From NCBI GenBank assembly GCA_947653375.1, contig CANTHA010000003.1:1-39065 (forward strand): DNA of 39,065 bases. The letters are read 5' to 3'. The stretch is from an uncultured Clostridium sp. (GTDB lineage Bacteria > Bacillota > Clostridia > TANB77 > CAG-508). The notes under the pieces were generated by a model, which had not been told where the DNA came from, ran no database searches, and saw only the letters and a list, made by a program, of their open reading frames with translations. Both the position numbers and the translations under genes were made by a program. This document shows, one piece after another, positions 9,738 to 19,501 of this stretch (positions within the stretch are counted from its first letter, which is position 1; each line of letters starts with the position of its first letter).

Positions 9738-10454
9738 TTATTTAACATTTTGTGCATATTGATACGATATTATCCCTGTATATTTTGGTATAGTTATGTT
9801 ATTTGATTTCTTTAGTTCTACACCTACACTAGCATCTTTTAATATTTCTAAATATCCACCTTGTCTTGATAAAGCCGATAATTGTTCAGGTAGTCCAATT
9901 GCCTTTATCTCAAATGGAGCCCCAATCTTTTCTCCATTTATATCAATTATATTTCCTCCACATGAAATACTACTTGTAGTTACTAATCTTTGATTATTAA
10001 TTGATATAGCTTCTGCACCAGCATTTTTTAATTCATTAATTACACTTAAAACATCTGCATCATGAACTAATAAAGTATTAGGATTTAATACACTATTTGC
10101 ATCTTTTTTACTATCACTTAATGTAACAATAATTCCTGGCCCTGTGACATCAGTCATACCAATCATTTTATTTCCCATTTTTATTTCTTCTTCTTTATTT
10201 TTAAGTTGCTCATTATTTTGAATTGAATTTTTTCTTTCATTTTCAAGTTCTTGTTCTGCTTTTTCCAAATTTTTATATTCATTATCATATTTTTCTTTAT
10301 ATTTTAAAACTTCTGCTCTTAAATTATTTTCCTCATAGTTTTGGCTAACTACTGAATTTGAATCCTTAACTGTTCTTATTTGTACACATATTCCTAACGT
10401 TAATGCAAAACACATTACTCCCAACACAATACTTATTGTAGTTTTTTGTAGCAT
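9738..10454 (-). CDS. DUF881 family protein (YlxW/YlxX-like)
   Basis: GMTDVTGPGIIVTL, VHDADVLSVINELKNAGAEAISINNQRL. Confidence 0.9.
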   Translation of the reverse strand: MLQKTTISIVLGVMCFALTLGICVQIRTVKDSNSVVSQNYEENNLRAEVLKYKEKYDNEYKNLEKAEQELENERKNSIQNNEQLKNKEEEIKMGNKMIGMTDVTGPGIIVTLSDSKKDANSVLNPNTLLVHDADVLSVINELKNAGAEAISINNQRLVTTSSISCGGNIIDINGEKIGAPFEIKAIGLPEQLSALSRQGGYLEILKDASVGVELKKSNNITIPKYTGIISYQYAQNVK

Positions 10455-10478
10455 AGTTTTTCACCTCTCTAAATCAAT

Positions 10479-11486
10479 TTATAAAGATACCTTTTCTCTA
10501 AAATAAGGTTGAAACTTATTATTTAAATCGCCATTTACATAGATATCTCCTTCTTTTTCTTTTTCTTTATTTATTATAGCAACTGCATATAATAATTTAT
10601 TACTTAAATTTTTATTGTCTCCAATATATATTTTTTTACCTTCCTCTTTTATATATATACTATATTGATTTTTATCACTTATGTCAATACTAGTAATTTT
10701 ATTATCTAAATCATTTTCTTTTGCAGAATTAATTATTTTTATAACATCTTCCATACTATCTAAATCTTGTTCATTAAGACGTTGCCCAGGCACTATTTCC
10801 TCTTCATTTGTATGTATTCCTTCTAAAATAGGAAATTGTTTACTATCTTCAGATATTTCTAATATATATCCTTGACTATTTATATGTGCATATTTTCCCA
10901 TAAAATTTAAACTGTATTTTGCTTCTCTTTCTGTTATTTCCATTTTAATTTTATTAGGAATATTTCTATGTATCTTAACATCTTCTATATACGGATTTTC
11001 TTTTAGTTTATTTTTTACATCTGATTTATTAAATCTAAAAATATTGCTGTCTATTTGTAAATTTGATAAACTAATTATCGTATCACTTGTAACTACGTTA
11101 TTATTTAATACTTCAATTGATTTTATATTGAACATTGGTGATGTCATAGCAAAAGCTGAAATACCAACTATAACTCCTAAAAAAATAATTATCTTAAAAA
11201 ATATTTTTATTCTTTTATTTCTTTTTATTTTTTTATGTTTTTTCTTATTTTCTTCTATTAAAAATTTCTTATCTTTTTTTATCTTATTTTTATTTGTCAT
11301 TTTTATAGCTTTTTCTGTCTCTAAATCAAAATCGTCTTCTTTTCTTTTTTTCTTATTATCTCTAATTCTTCTTTCTCTCTCTTTTGCTTTCTTTTTTTCT
11401 ATATCATGTTGTTCTTCTTCTATCAAAACTTGTCCACTATTTGGATAATAAATATCATTCATAGTTCTTCTTTTCTTTTTATTCAA
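10479..11486 (-). CDS. ftsQ: Cell division protein FtsQ/DivIB
   Basis: Basic cytoplasmic N-terminus, single TM helix, SPMFNIKSIEV POTRA start, NPYIEDVKIHRNIPNKI. Confidence 0.85.
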   Translation of the reverse strand: MNKKKRRTMNDIYYPNSGQVLIEEEQHDIEKKKAKERERRIRDNKKKRKEDDFDLETEKAIKMTNKNKIKKDKKFLIEENKKKHKKIKRNKRIKIFFKIIIFLGVIVGISAFAMTSPMFNIKSIEVLNNNVVTSDTIISLSNLQIDSNIFRFNKSDVKNKLKENPYIEDVKIHRNIPNKIKMEITEREAKYSLNFMGKYAHINSQGYILEISEDSKQFPILEGIHTNEEEIVPGQRLNEQDLDSMEDVIKIINSAKENDLDNKITSIDISDKNQYSIYIKEEGKKIYIGDNKNLSNKLLYAVAIINKEKEKEGDIYVNGDLNNKFQPYFREKVSL

Positions 11487-11680
11487 TTAATTTCCTCCTT
11501 TTTTGTTATTAGCCATCCTATCCTATATTTTTTAGTAAGAAAGCTTAATATATTATTTCAGTATAGTATGTTTTACTATGAGAGTGCGACACACAACATA
11601 TGTAAAAATCATATATTAAGCTTTAATTTAACATCATTGTTCTTTATAGAATTTCACTTTTCTACACACTTTTTATACAT

Positions 11681-12934
11681 CTATTTATCAACTAATTCTA
11701 TATTTACACCTATATTTCTTAATTTTTCATCAAATTTTTCATAACCACGTAATATATATTCTATATTTTCTATCTTTGTTGTTCCTTTTGCTTGAATAGA
11801 AGCTATAACAACTGCAGCTCCTCCTCGTAAATCTGTTGCATTTACAGTTGTACCATATAGTTTTCTTACTCCTTTTATTACTGCTGTTTTACCTTCTACT
11901 GTTATTTTTGCCCCCATTCTAACTAATTCTTGTATATATTTATAGCGATTTTCAAATATATTTTCTACTATCACTGATGTTCCTTTTGCTAATGTTAATG
12001 TTGTTGCAAATATTGATTGCATATCAGTTGGAAATCCTGGATATGGCATTGTCTTTATATCTACTGATTTTAATCTTTTTGGTGCTTTTATTTCTATTGT
12101 ATTTTTCTGTACTTTGAATTCACAACCTGCTTCTTCTAATTTATCAATTACTGGTATTATATGATTACTATTAGTATTATTTAATACTAAATTACCTCCT
12201 GTAATAGCTGCAACACATAAAAATGTACCTGTTTCAATTCTATCTGGCATTATATTATAACTTACATCTTTTAGTTTTTTTACTCCTTCAATTTTAATCT
12301 GATTTGACCCAGCTCCTTTTATTTTAGCTCCCATTTTATTTAGCATATTTTGTAAATCTATAATTTCAGGCTCTCTTGCTGCATTTGTTATTATTGTTTT
12401 TCCTTCTGCTAAACAACTTGCAAGTATCGCATTTTCAGTAGCTCCTACACTTGGAAATTCTAAGTCAATTTTTTCACCATTTATTTTATCACAAGTGCAT
12501 GTAATATTTCCATAGTTTTTACTAATATTTATTCCTAATTTTTGAAATGCCTTTAAATGTAAATCTATTGGTCTTGTTCCAATATCACATCCTCCTGGAT
12601 AAGAAAACGTTGCTTTTTTATATTTTCCTATTAAACTTCCAGCAAATATAACAGAAGAACGCATTTGTCTCATCAAATCTTCAGGTATTTCATATTTATT
12701 TATATTACTCGTATTTATAATTATTTTATTGGACTTTTTTGTTACACTTCCTCCTAATTTTTTCAATATTTCAAACATCATTTTTGTATCATGTATATTT
12801 GGAACATTATACAACGTTGTTTTTCCACCATTTAATATACTTGCTGCAATTATTGGTAATGCTGCATTTTTAGATCCAGAAATTGTTACTGTTCCAGAGA
12901 TTCTTTTACCTCCTTTTACTATGTATTTAGACAT
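11681..12934 (-). CDS. murA: UDP-N-acetylglucosamine 1-carboxyvinyltransferase
   Basis: SGSKNAALPI, PGGCDIGTRPIDLH, PYPGFPTDMQ; start set at MSKY. Confidence 0.97.
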   Translation of the reverse strand: MSKYIVKGGKRISGTVTISGSKNAALPIIAASILNGGKTTLYNVPNIHDTKMMFEILKKLGGSVTKKSNKIIINTSNINKYEIPEDLMRQMRSSVIFAGSLIGKYKKATFSYPGGCDIGTRPIDLHLKAFQKLGINISKNYGNITCTCDKINGEKIDLEFPSVGATENAILASCLAEGKTIITNAAREPEIIDLQNMLNKMGAKIKGAGSNQIKIEGVKKLKDVSYNIMPDRIETGTFLCVAAITGGNLVLNNTNSNHIIPVIDKLEEAGCEFKVQKNTIEIKAPKRLKSVDIKTMPYPGFPTDMQSIFATTLTLAKGTSVIVENIFENRYKYIQELVRMGAKITVEGKTAVIKGVRKLYGTTVNATDLRGGAAVVIASIQAKGTTKIENIEYILRGYEKFDEKLRNIGVNIELVDK

Positions 12935-13023
12935 TTTTCTTACCACCTTTCAACTTTATTTTGATATATATTATGTATTCCTTTCTTGAAAAGTGAATAT
13001 ATCAAACACATATATCTATTTAA

Positions 13024-13188
13024 GAACAAATCGGAAAGCCTTAAAATTTGCACAATTTTAACTTTCTGCTTTGGCTTTCTGTTAGTTTGTTCGTGTGCGA
13101 AATTGCTGAGATTGTTAAAGTTTTACTTGTTACAGTCTCAGTATACAAATAATTGTTTTACAATTATTTGTATTTCCATAGCAATTTC
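13024..13188. other. Multi-stem structured intergenic element (candidate ncRNA or degenerate repeat element)
   Basis: Nested stems gaacaaa/tttgttc, gaaagcc/ggctttc, ttaaaatt/aattttaa; gaaattgc/gcaatttc encloses two further hairpins. Confidence 0.5.
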
Positions 13189-13199
13189 TATACAACTGA

Positions 13200-13299
13200 G
13201 TTTTATATAATAGGAAAGTATGACTTTCCTATTATATAAAACAAAAGCAAGAAAAATAGGAGATGATACTTATTCAAGTATCATCTCCTATTTTTCTTG
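13200..13299. terminator. Two adjacent perfect hairpins (20 bp and 24 bp)
   Basis: 13200-13219 pairs with 13223-13242; 13248-13271 pairs with 13276-13299. Confidence 0.7.
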
Positions 13300-13324
13300 T
13301 GCTGAATATACACAATAGACAGTG

Positions 13325-13879
13325 TTAATCATAAATTACAATTAATGGCACACTGTTAGTCACTACAGAGTCATATTGGTAATTGTTGTTATCAACATTA
13401 GAAGCTGCACAGATTTTTTTAGCTTTAAGTGAACCACCTACTGTTCTTATATGTCCATTTTTCCATATAATTATTCTATCATAGTTTGTAGTATCACAAT
13501 CATTACAAACAGCTTTCCATGTTTCTCCATTTGTAATTCTCTGAGCCCACTATAGTGCTTGTTCAACCCAATTGGCAATATGACCACCTTTTGCTTCAGC
13601 AAATTTCTCACACTCTTCAATGCTTTTTGATGACCATGTTTTTTCCGGTATATAAGTCTTGAAGCGTTTAGAATATTTGCTGTGGTTTTTCTTTAATTCC
13701 CTTAAGGCTTCATTGATAATTATCCTTGTCCATTCCTGATCTGGATCTTTTCTCTCTTCTTCAAATAACTTCTCATTAATAGCTGCCGGATAAACCTCAA
13801 AGTATTTGCCTTCTGTAGGAACTAGTGCCAATTTAATTATTTTATTTTTCCGTCCTTTTTCTTGCAAATCCATCTTCAT
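13325..13879 (-). pseudogene. Hypothetical protein gene interrupted by one in-frame TAG
   Basis: ATG 13879 with AGGAGG; reads WVEQAL-TAG(13552-13550)-WAQRITNGETWKAVCN, and the frame stays open 74 more codons to TAA at 13325. Confidence 0.75.
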
Positions 13880-14050
13880 GTTATTTCCTCCTGTCTTTCT
13901 AATTTTTTGTGTAGTACTGTATAATATATATTTTAACATAATTATCTTATATTTTCAATTAAAATTGGTCTAGTAACCTTATATTTTTATGCAATTGTTA
14001 TACAATTAAAAAGTTTCATATGTTTTCTTTAACAATTTATTCCAAAAATA

Positions 14051-14079
14051 TTGAATTTTTAAGTATAACGATATATAAT
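14051..14079 (+). promoter_or_regulatory. sigma-A promoter of asnS
   Basis: TTGAAT-N17-TATAAT, followed by GGGAGG RBS. Confidence 0.65.
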
Positions 14080-14109
14080 TTCTACATACTAAATATAGGG
14101 AGGAAATAA

Positions 14110-15501
14110 ATGAAGAACATAACAATAAAAAATTTATATACACAAATAGACCAATATAAAAATAAAACAATAACAATAGAAGGATGGGTACGAACAGTTA
14201 GAAATTCAAAAACATTTGGGTTTATTGAATTAAATGATGGTACTTTTTTTAAAAATGTACAAATAGTATTTACAAATGAGCTACAAAACTTTGAAAACAT
14301 CTGTAAATTAACAATAAGCTCATCAATACAAGTGAAAGGAAAACTTGTAATTACAGAAAATGCAAAACAGCCATTTGAAATTCAGGCAAATAATATAGAA
14401 ATTCAAAATCTTTCTGACAACACTTACCCACTTCAAAAGAAAAGGCATTCTTTTGAATATTTGAGAACAATAAGTCATCTACGTCCTAGAACAAATACCT
14501 TTAACGCTGTATTTCGTGTAAGAAGTACTTTAGCATATGCTATACACAAATTTTTTCAAGACAAAGGATTTGTATATGTAAATACACCTTTAATTACAGG
14601 TAGTGATGCAGAAGGTGCAGGAGAAATGTTTAATGTTAATTCTTTTGATTTAACTAATATCCCTAAAACAGAAGATGGAAAAGTTAACTTTTCTGAAGAC
14701 TTTTTTGGTAAATCTGCACATTTAACAGTTAGTGGTCAATTAAATGCCGAATCTTTTGCTGAAGCTTTTTGCAATGTATATACATTTGGGCCTACATTCC
14801 GTGCTGAGAACTCTAATACAGTAAAACATGCAGCTGAATTTTGGATGGTAGAACCTGAAATATGTTTTGCAGACTTACAAGATGATATGGACTTAGCCGA
14901 AGAAATGATAAAATACATATTTCAATATGTATTAGACAACTGTCCTGAAGAAATGGAATTTTTCAATAAATTTGTAGATACTGGTTTATTAGAACGTTTA
15001 AATCATGTTATTAATTCAGATTTTGCACGTGTTAAATATACAGATGCTATTACAGAATTAGAAAAACATAATGATAATTTTGAATATAAGGTTTCTTGGG
15101 GAGTTGATTTACAGACTGAACATGAAAGATATTTATGTGAAAATATATACAAAAAGCCAGTATTTGTAACAGATTATCCAAAAGATATAAAGGCATTTTA
15201 TATGAAACAAAATCCAGATGGAAAAACAGTAGCAGCAACAGATTTATTAGTTCCTGGTATTGGAGAAATTATTGGTGGTAGTCAAAGAGAAGAAGATTAT
15301 AAAAAATTATTAAATAGAATGAAAGAACTTAATATGCCTCTTGAAGAATATACTTGGTATTTAGACCTACGCAAATTCGGTAGTTGCAAACATGCAGGAT
15401 TTGGTTTAGGATTTGAAAGAGCTATTATGTATCTAACAGGCATGCAAAATATACGTGATGTTATTCCTTTTCCTAGAACTCCAAAAAATTGCGATTTTTA
15501 A
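14110..15501 (+). CDS. asnS: Asparagine--tRNA ligase
   Basis: [47 protein letters not shown]. Confidence 0.98.
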   Translation: MKNITIKNLYTQIDQYKNKTITIEGWVRTVRNSKTFGFIELNDGTFFKNVQIVFTNELQNFENICKLTISSSIQVKGKLVITENAKQPFEIQANNIEIQNLSDNTYPLQKKRHSFEYLRTISHLRPRTNTFNAVFRVRSTLAYAIHKFFQDKGFVYVNTPLITGSDAEGAGEMFNVNSFDLTNIPKTEDGKVNFSEDFFGKSAHLTVSGQLNAESFAEAFCNVYTFGPTFRAENSNTVKHAAEFWMVEPEICFADLQDDMDLAEEMIKYIFQYVLDNCPEEMEFFNKFVDTGLLERLNHVINSDFARVKYTDAITELEKHNDNFEYKVSWGVDLQTEHERYLCENIYKKPVFVTDYPKDIKAFYMKQNPDGKTVAATDLLVPGIGEIIGGSQREEDYKKLLNRMKELNMPLEEYTWYLDLRKFGSCKHAGFGLGFERAIMYLTGMQNIRDVIPFPRTPKNCDF

Positions 15502-15673
15502 GGGTTGCCACTGGTTCCAGGTTTGATTGGCAATAATACTAAAGTAATTAAAAAAAGTTATAATATAAATATTTATATTATAACTTTTATTTTTATAGTT
15601 AATAAAATTATTGCCAATCAAACCCGGAACCAGTGGCAACCCAAACCCCGGAACCAGTGGCAACCCAAACCCG
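15502..15673. repeat. REPIN-like long inverted-repeat element with tandem arm duplication
   Basis: 36-bp arms 15502-15537 and 15607-15642 (1 mismatch), perfect 36-bp central palindrome 15553-15588, extra arm unit 15643-15666. Confidence 0.85.
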
Positions 15674-15683
15674 ATGAAAAGTC

Positions 15684-16892
15684 TCATAAACTTGGTTCAT
15701 CATCATCTTCTCCAAATTGATGTTTATCATCAACTTTAGCTTCTTCTGATTTTTGGTTTTCTAATTTTCTATTTTCAAAATTAACTACACTCTCTTTAAT
15801 TCTATTAATCATTTTATCAATTTTTTCCTCTGATACGCCTTCAAATACATCTACTAAACCATTATTAATAATACTCCTATAAGTTCTTCCATCTTTATCA
15901 TTTTGTAATACACTTTTAAATGTTTCAATTAACTTTCTTCTTTCATCTTCATTATATGATTTAAGCATAATAAGCATATTTTCTATTTCTTCTTCTTCAT
16001 TATATTCATTATCCACATATTTACTAATTTCTTTTAAAACTACTCTTTTTATTTGCTGATCCTTACCAAGTTTTCCTTCTCCTGAAAATTCCATATATTC
16101 TTGTTCAACTAAACTTGGTATATCAAATCTCAACATATCTTTTGCAGAAAAAATATCCTTCCATCTAGTTAAAAAAGTACAGCCATATTGTCTATAGTTA
16201 TATGCTATTTTTCTTGAAATTACTTTGTTAATTTCATGTTGCATATTTGGAGTTATAGTTTCTGCTTGTTTAATTATTTCTTGTATGCTATCTGATATTT
16301 GTATATCTGACTTGTTCATTTCTGATTGTTTATATAACATTTGTAGTCTTTTTAAAAATTTCTGTTCTTTAATTTTATTTCTTTTATTTTCTTCTTTATA
16401 TATCTTATCTAACTCTTGCCTTCTTCTTTCATCACTATCAATTGCCTCTTGTGCAATTTTCTTTCTTTCAGTTAAAGGTATATCATCATTTTGTACAATT
16501 TCTGCGACCTTATCATCTGGTAACATTCCCACTGGTTCTACTAAATGTTTAGTATTAATTTCATCACTATCTTCCAATATTTTTTCTACTACAGCAACTG
16601 GTATTTGTTCAGCAACAATATCATTTTCCTTTTCAGATAACTTTCTTACTAATAAACCAATAATTTCTCCCTTTTCTTCTGGAGTTTTCTTTCTAGTAAT
16701 CTCATTAATTGAGTCATATAACATCTTTACAGCATCTTCTGTCTCTTTTTTTGTTGTATCTTCATTATTTGCTTTTTCTATTTTTTCTTCTACTTTCTTA
16801 ATTTCTTTCTCTACAAAAGATTCATGGTTTTGCTTTCCAAAAACCGATTTTATCTTTTCATTAACTTCCTTTAAATCCATATAGAAAACCAC
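15684..16892 (-). CDS. Hypothetical charged alpha-helical protein (402 aa)
   Basis: Long E/K-rich ORF directly after the kinase; true start may be MDLKE. Confidence 0.8.
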   Translation of the reverse strand: MVFYMDLKEVNEKIKSVFGKQNHESFVEKEIKKVEEKIEKANNEDTTKKETEDAVKMLYDSINEITRKKTPEEKGEIIGLLVRKLSEKENDIVAEQIPVAVVEKILEDSDEINTKHLVEPVGMLPDDKVAEIVQNDDIPLTERKKIAQEAIDSDERRRQELDKIYKEENKRNKIKEQKFLKRLQMLYKQSEMNKSDIQISDSIQEIIKQAETITPNMQHEINKVISRKIAYNYRQYGCTFLTRWKDIFSAKDMLRFDIPSLVEQEYMEFSGEGKLGKDQQIKRVVLKEISKYVDNEYNEEEEIENMLIMLKSYNEDERRKLIETFKSVLQNDKDGRTYRSIINNGLVDVFEGVSEEKIDKMINRIKESVVNFENRKLENQKSEEAKVDDKHQFGEDDDEPSL

Positions 16893-16923
16893 CTCTGTTA
16901 TTAAAATTTTGCTATTATTAATA

Positions 16924-18357
16924 TTATTGTTTTGTTGGAATTCTAATTACAACTTCTGTACCTTGTCCAACAACACTTTTAATATCAATACTTCCTCCGT
17001 TTTTATCTAATATTTCTTTTGCAATAGAAAGACCTAAACCAGTTCCGCCCATCTCTCTTGTACGAGCTTTATCTACTCTATAAAATCTTTCAAAAATTCT
17101 TGTCAAATCTTCATCTGGAATACCAATACCATTATCAAATATTTTTATATATGCATCATTATAAACAAAACCTACATAAATCTTTATTTCTCCACCTTCT
17201 GGTGTATATTTTATACTATTAGTTAATATATTTAGTACAACTCTTTCAATATCATATCTTTCAGCATAAACTGGTGGAACATCTGCTGTAACAAAACAAT
17301 TAACTTTATGATTCTTTTTCTTAATTTCAATTGCAAGTTTATCTTGGCATTTTTTAACTAAATCTCCTAAATCAAATGTCTCTTTTTGTGCATCTTTATT
17401 ATTATCATATCTTGATAATGTTAGTAAATCTGTTACTAATCTTGCCATTCTTCTAGCTTCTGAAGCAATAACTCCTAAAAACTTATCTTGTGTTTCTTTA
17501 TCATATTCGCCTTCTAATAAAGTATCAGCATAGCCCATAATTGAAGTAATTGGTGTTTTCAATTCATGAGATACATCAGCAACAAACTCTTTTTGCATAT
17601 TATCTAGCTTTACATGTTCAGTAATATCTTGTATAACTGCAATCATACCATCTGGTCTATCTGATTCATCTTTAAATGGAGCAAAAAACACATTTACATA
17701 TCTATCTTCTACTTGAATTCTTTGTTCTGTAGATGTCCAGGTTTCTAAATAAATTATTTTTTCCATATTAACATCTACTTTAAACTTTTGGAAAATATCT
17801 TCAAAACTATTGTCTTCTGGCCTAATACTTAAAAGTTTTTTTGCTGCAGGATTTATTAGTATTATATCTCCTTCCATGTTAAATGCAATAATTCCATCTG
17901 TCATATGAAGTAGTATAGTTTCTATTTGATTCTTTTGAGTAGAAACTTCACTTAATTTTTGTTTTAATTCAGTTGTCATTATTCCAAATACATTTTCTAA
18001 ATCTCCTACATCTTTACCCTTTTTATTTTTTATTTGCTTTAGATTTTTATCTTCATTAGCAATTTTCTCTGCACTTTGTATTAAATTATTTATTGGATAA
18101 ATTACAAAACGAGAAAGAAATATAGCTACTAATATTCCTATTACTGAAAATAATATACTAGCTATTAATAATATTGTCTTTGTATTTTCATTTATATTAT
18201 TAATTAAATTACTAATTTCAGAATATTCCACAGTTTGTCCTACTTGTGTAGAAAGTATGTTTAGTGAATTAAGAAAAAATATCCCTAATCCACTTATAAT
18301 TAAAATTCCAACTAAAAAAAACACTAATATAATTTTAAATTGTACATTTTTCAACAT
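16924..18357 (-). CDS. WalK-like sensor histidine kinase (2 TM, HAMP, PAS, HisKA, HATPase)
   Basis: MTDGIIAF PAS start, EFVADVSHELKTPIT H-box, NSIKYT, DNGIGIP, FERFYRVDKARTREMGGTGLGLSIAKEI. Confidence 0.9.
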   Translation of the reverse strand: MLKNVQFKIILVFFLVGILIISGLGIFFLNSLNILSTQVGQTVEYSEISNLINNINENTKTILLIASILFSVIGILVAIFLSRFVIYPINNLIQSAEKIANEDKNLKQIKNKKGKDVGDLENVFGIMTTELKQKLSEVSTQKNQIETILLHMTDGIIAFNMEGDIILINPAAKKLLSIRPEDNSFEDIFQKFKVDVNMEKIIYLETWTSTEQRIQVEDRYVNVFFAPFKDESDRPDGMIAVIQDITEHVKLDNMQKEFVADVSHELKTPITSIMGYADTLLEGEYDKETQDKFLGVIASEARRMARLVTDLLTLSRYDNNKDAQKETFDLGDLVKKCQDKLAIEIKKKNHKVNCFVTADVPPVYAERYDIERVVLNILTNSIKYTPEGGEIKIYVGFVYNDAYIKIFDNGIGIPDEDLTRIFERFYRVDKARTREMGGTGLGLSIAKEILDKNGGSIDIKSVVGQGTEVVIRIPTKQ

Positions 18358-18358
18358 T

Positions 18359-19483
18359 TTATTTTCTCCTATTTACTAATTTCCTTATTTCATCATATAT
18401 TATATCTTCTGCATCTTTGGTTGAAACTTTTAGTGCATTTTCTCCCATTTGTATCATTTTATTTTTATCAGATATAATTTCTTCTATCTCCTTATTTAAA
18501 ATTTCGCATTGAACATCACTATCTAAAATTATCTTTGCAGAATTTACATTTTCTAATACTTTTGCATTATATAATTGATGATTGTGACTTACATTTGGCA
18601 ATGGAATAAGTATTGAGGCTTTACCTATATTTGCTATTTCTGTAATTGTCATTGCACCACTTCTTGCAACTATTACATCAACAATATTCATAATTTCTTC
18701 CATATTATAAATATAAGGTATAATTTTTATATATTTAATATGATTAATATTTATATTATCTTTTTCTAGTTCTTCCTTTACAATATCATATTGCTTTGGC
18801 CCAGTAGCCCATATAAGTTGATAATTTCTATTTTTATGCTGTTTTGTTATATTTAAAATTGCTTCATTAATTTTCTTGGCACCTTGACTACCACCAAACA
18901 CTAAAACAATTGGCTTATCAGAATTTAGCCCTATATCTTTCAATATTTTCTCTTTTTGTTCTTTAGAAAATTCCTTTTTGTGTACTTTTACTGGTGTTCC
19001 TGTAAAAACAACATTTTTTGATTTTTTTATTCTTGATATTGCATCTTTAAATGATACTAATATAGTATCTGTTTTGTTTGCTAACATTTTTACCGCTTTT
19101 CCTGGAAAAGCGTTGCTTTCATGTAATACTGTTGGTATTTTTAATTTATTTGCTACAGTTATTGTTGCTCCACATATATATCCACCAGTGCCAATAACAA
19201 CATCTGGTTTAAATTCTTTTATTATTCTTTTTGCTTCACTAAATCCCTTTAATGTTTTACAGATTTTTTTTAGATTTTCTATTGATACTTTTTTACTTAA
19301 TCCATATGCATCAATTGTTTTCAATTTATATCCTGCTCTTGGAACTAAATCATTTTCTAAACCTCTAGTTGTACCAATAAACATTATTTCAGAATTGTTT
19401 TCTTCTTTTTTTATTTTATTAGCAATAGCTAACCCAGGATTAATATGTCCTGCTGTTCCTGCTGCTGCAATAATAACTCTCAT
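18359..19483 (-). CDS. murG: Undecaprenyl-PP-MurNAc-pentapeptide GlcNAc transferase MurG
   Basis: AGTAGHINPG, GTGGY, HESNAFPG, GGSQGA, RSGAMT. Confidence 0.97.
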   Translation of the reverse strand: MRVIIAAAGTAGHINPGLAIANKIKKEENNSEIMFIGTTRGLENDLVPRAGYKLKTIDAYGLSKKVSIENLKKICKTLKGFSEAKRIIKEFKPDVVIGTGGYICGATITVANKLKIPTVLHESNAFPGKAVKMLANKTDTILVSFKDAISRIKKSKNVVFTGTPVKVHKKEFSKEQKEKILKDIGLNSDKPIVLVFGGSQGAKKINEAILNITKQHKNRNYQLIWATGPKQYDIVKEELEKDNININHIKYIKIIPYIYNMEEIMNIVDVIVARSGAMTITEIANIGKASILIPLPNVSHNHQLYNAKVLENVNSAKIILDSDVQCEILNKEIEEIISDKNKMIQMGENALKVSTKDAEDIIYDEIRKLVNRRK

Positions 19484-19501
19484 TTAATATTCCTCACTTT
19501 T

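Noticed and set aside
13550-13552. Stop-codon reassignment or read-through of TAG
   Set aside because: TAG ends murA, spoVT, adk and a DUF881 gene at their expected positions, so a single nonsense mutation is simpler.
14000-14109. T-box riboswitch upstream of asnS
   Set aside because: The promoter sits about 30 nt from the start codon, leaving no room, and I see no T-box consensus.
15620-15673. CRISPR-like repeats, or the short ORFs 15433-15687 and 15505-15720
   Set aside because: The units abut without spacers, and the ORFs are translations of the palindromic repeat.
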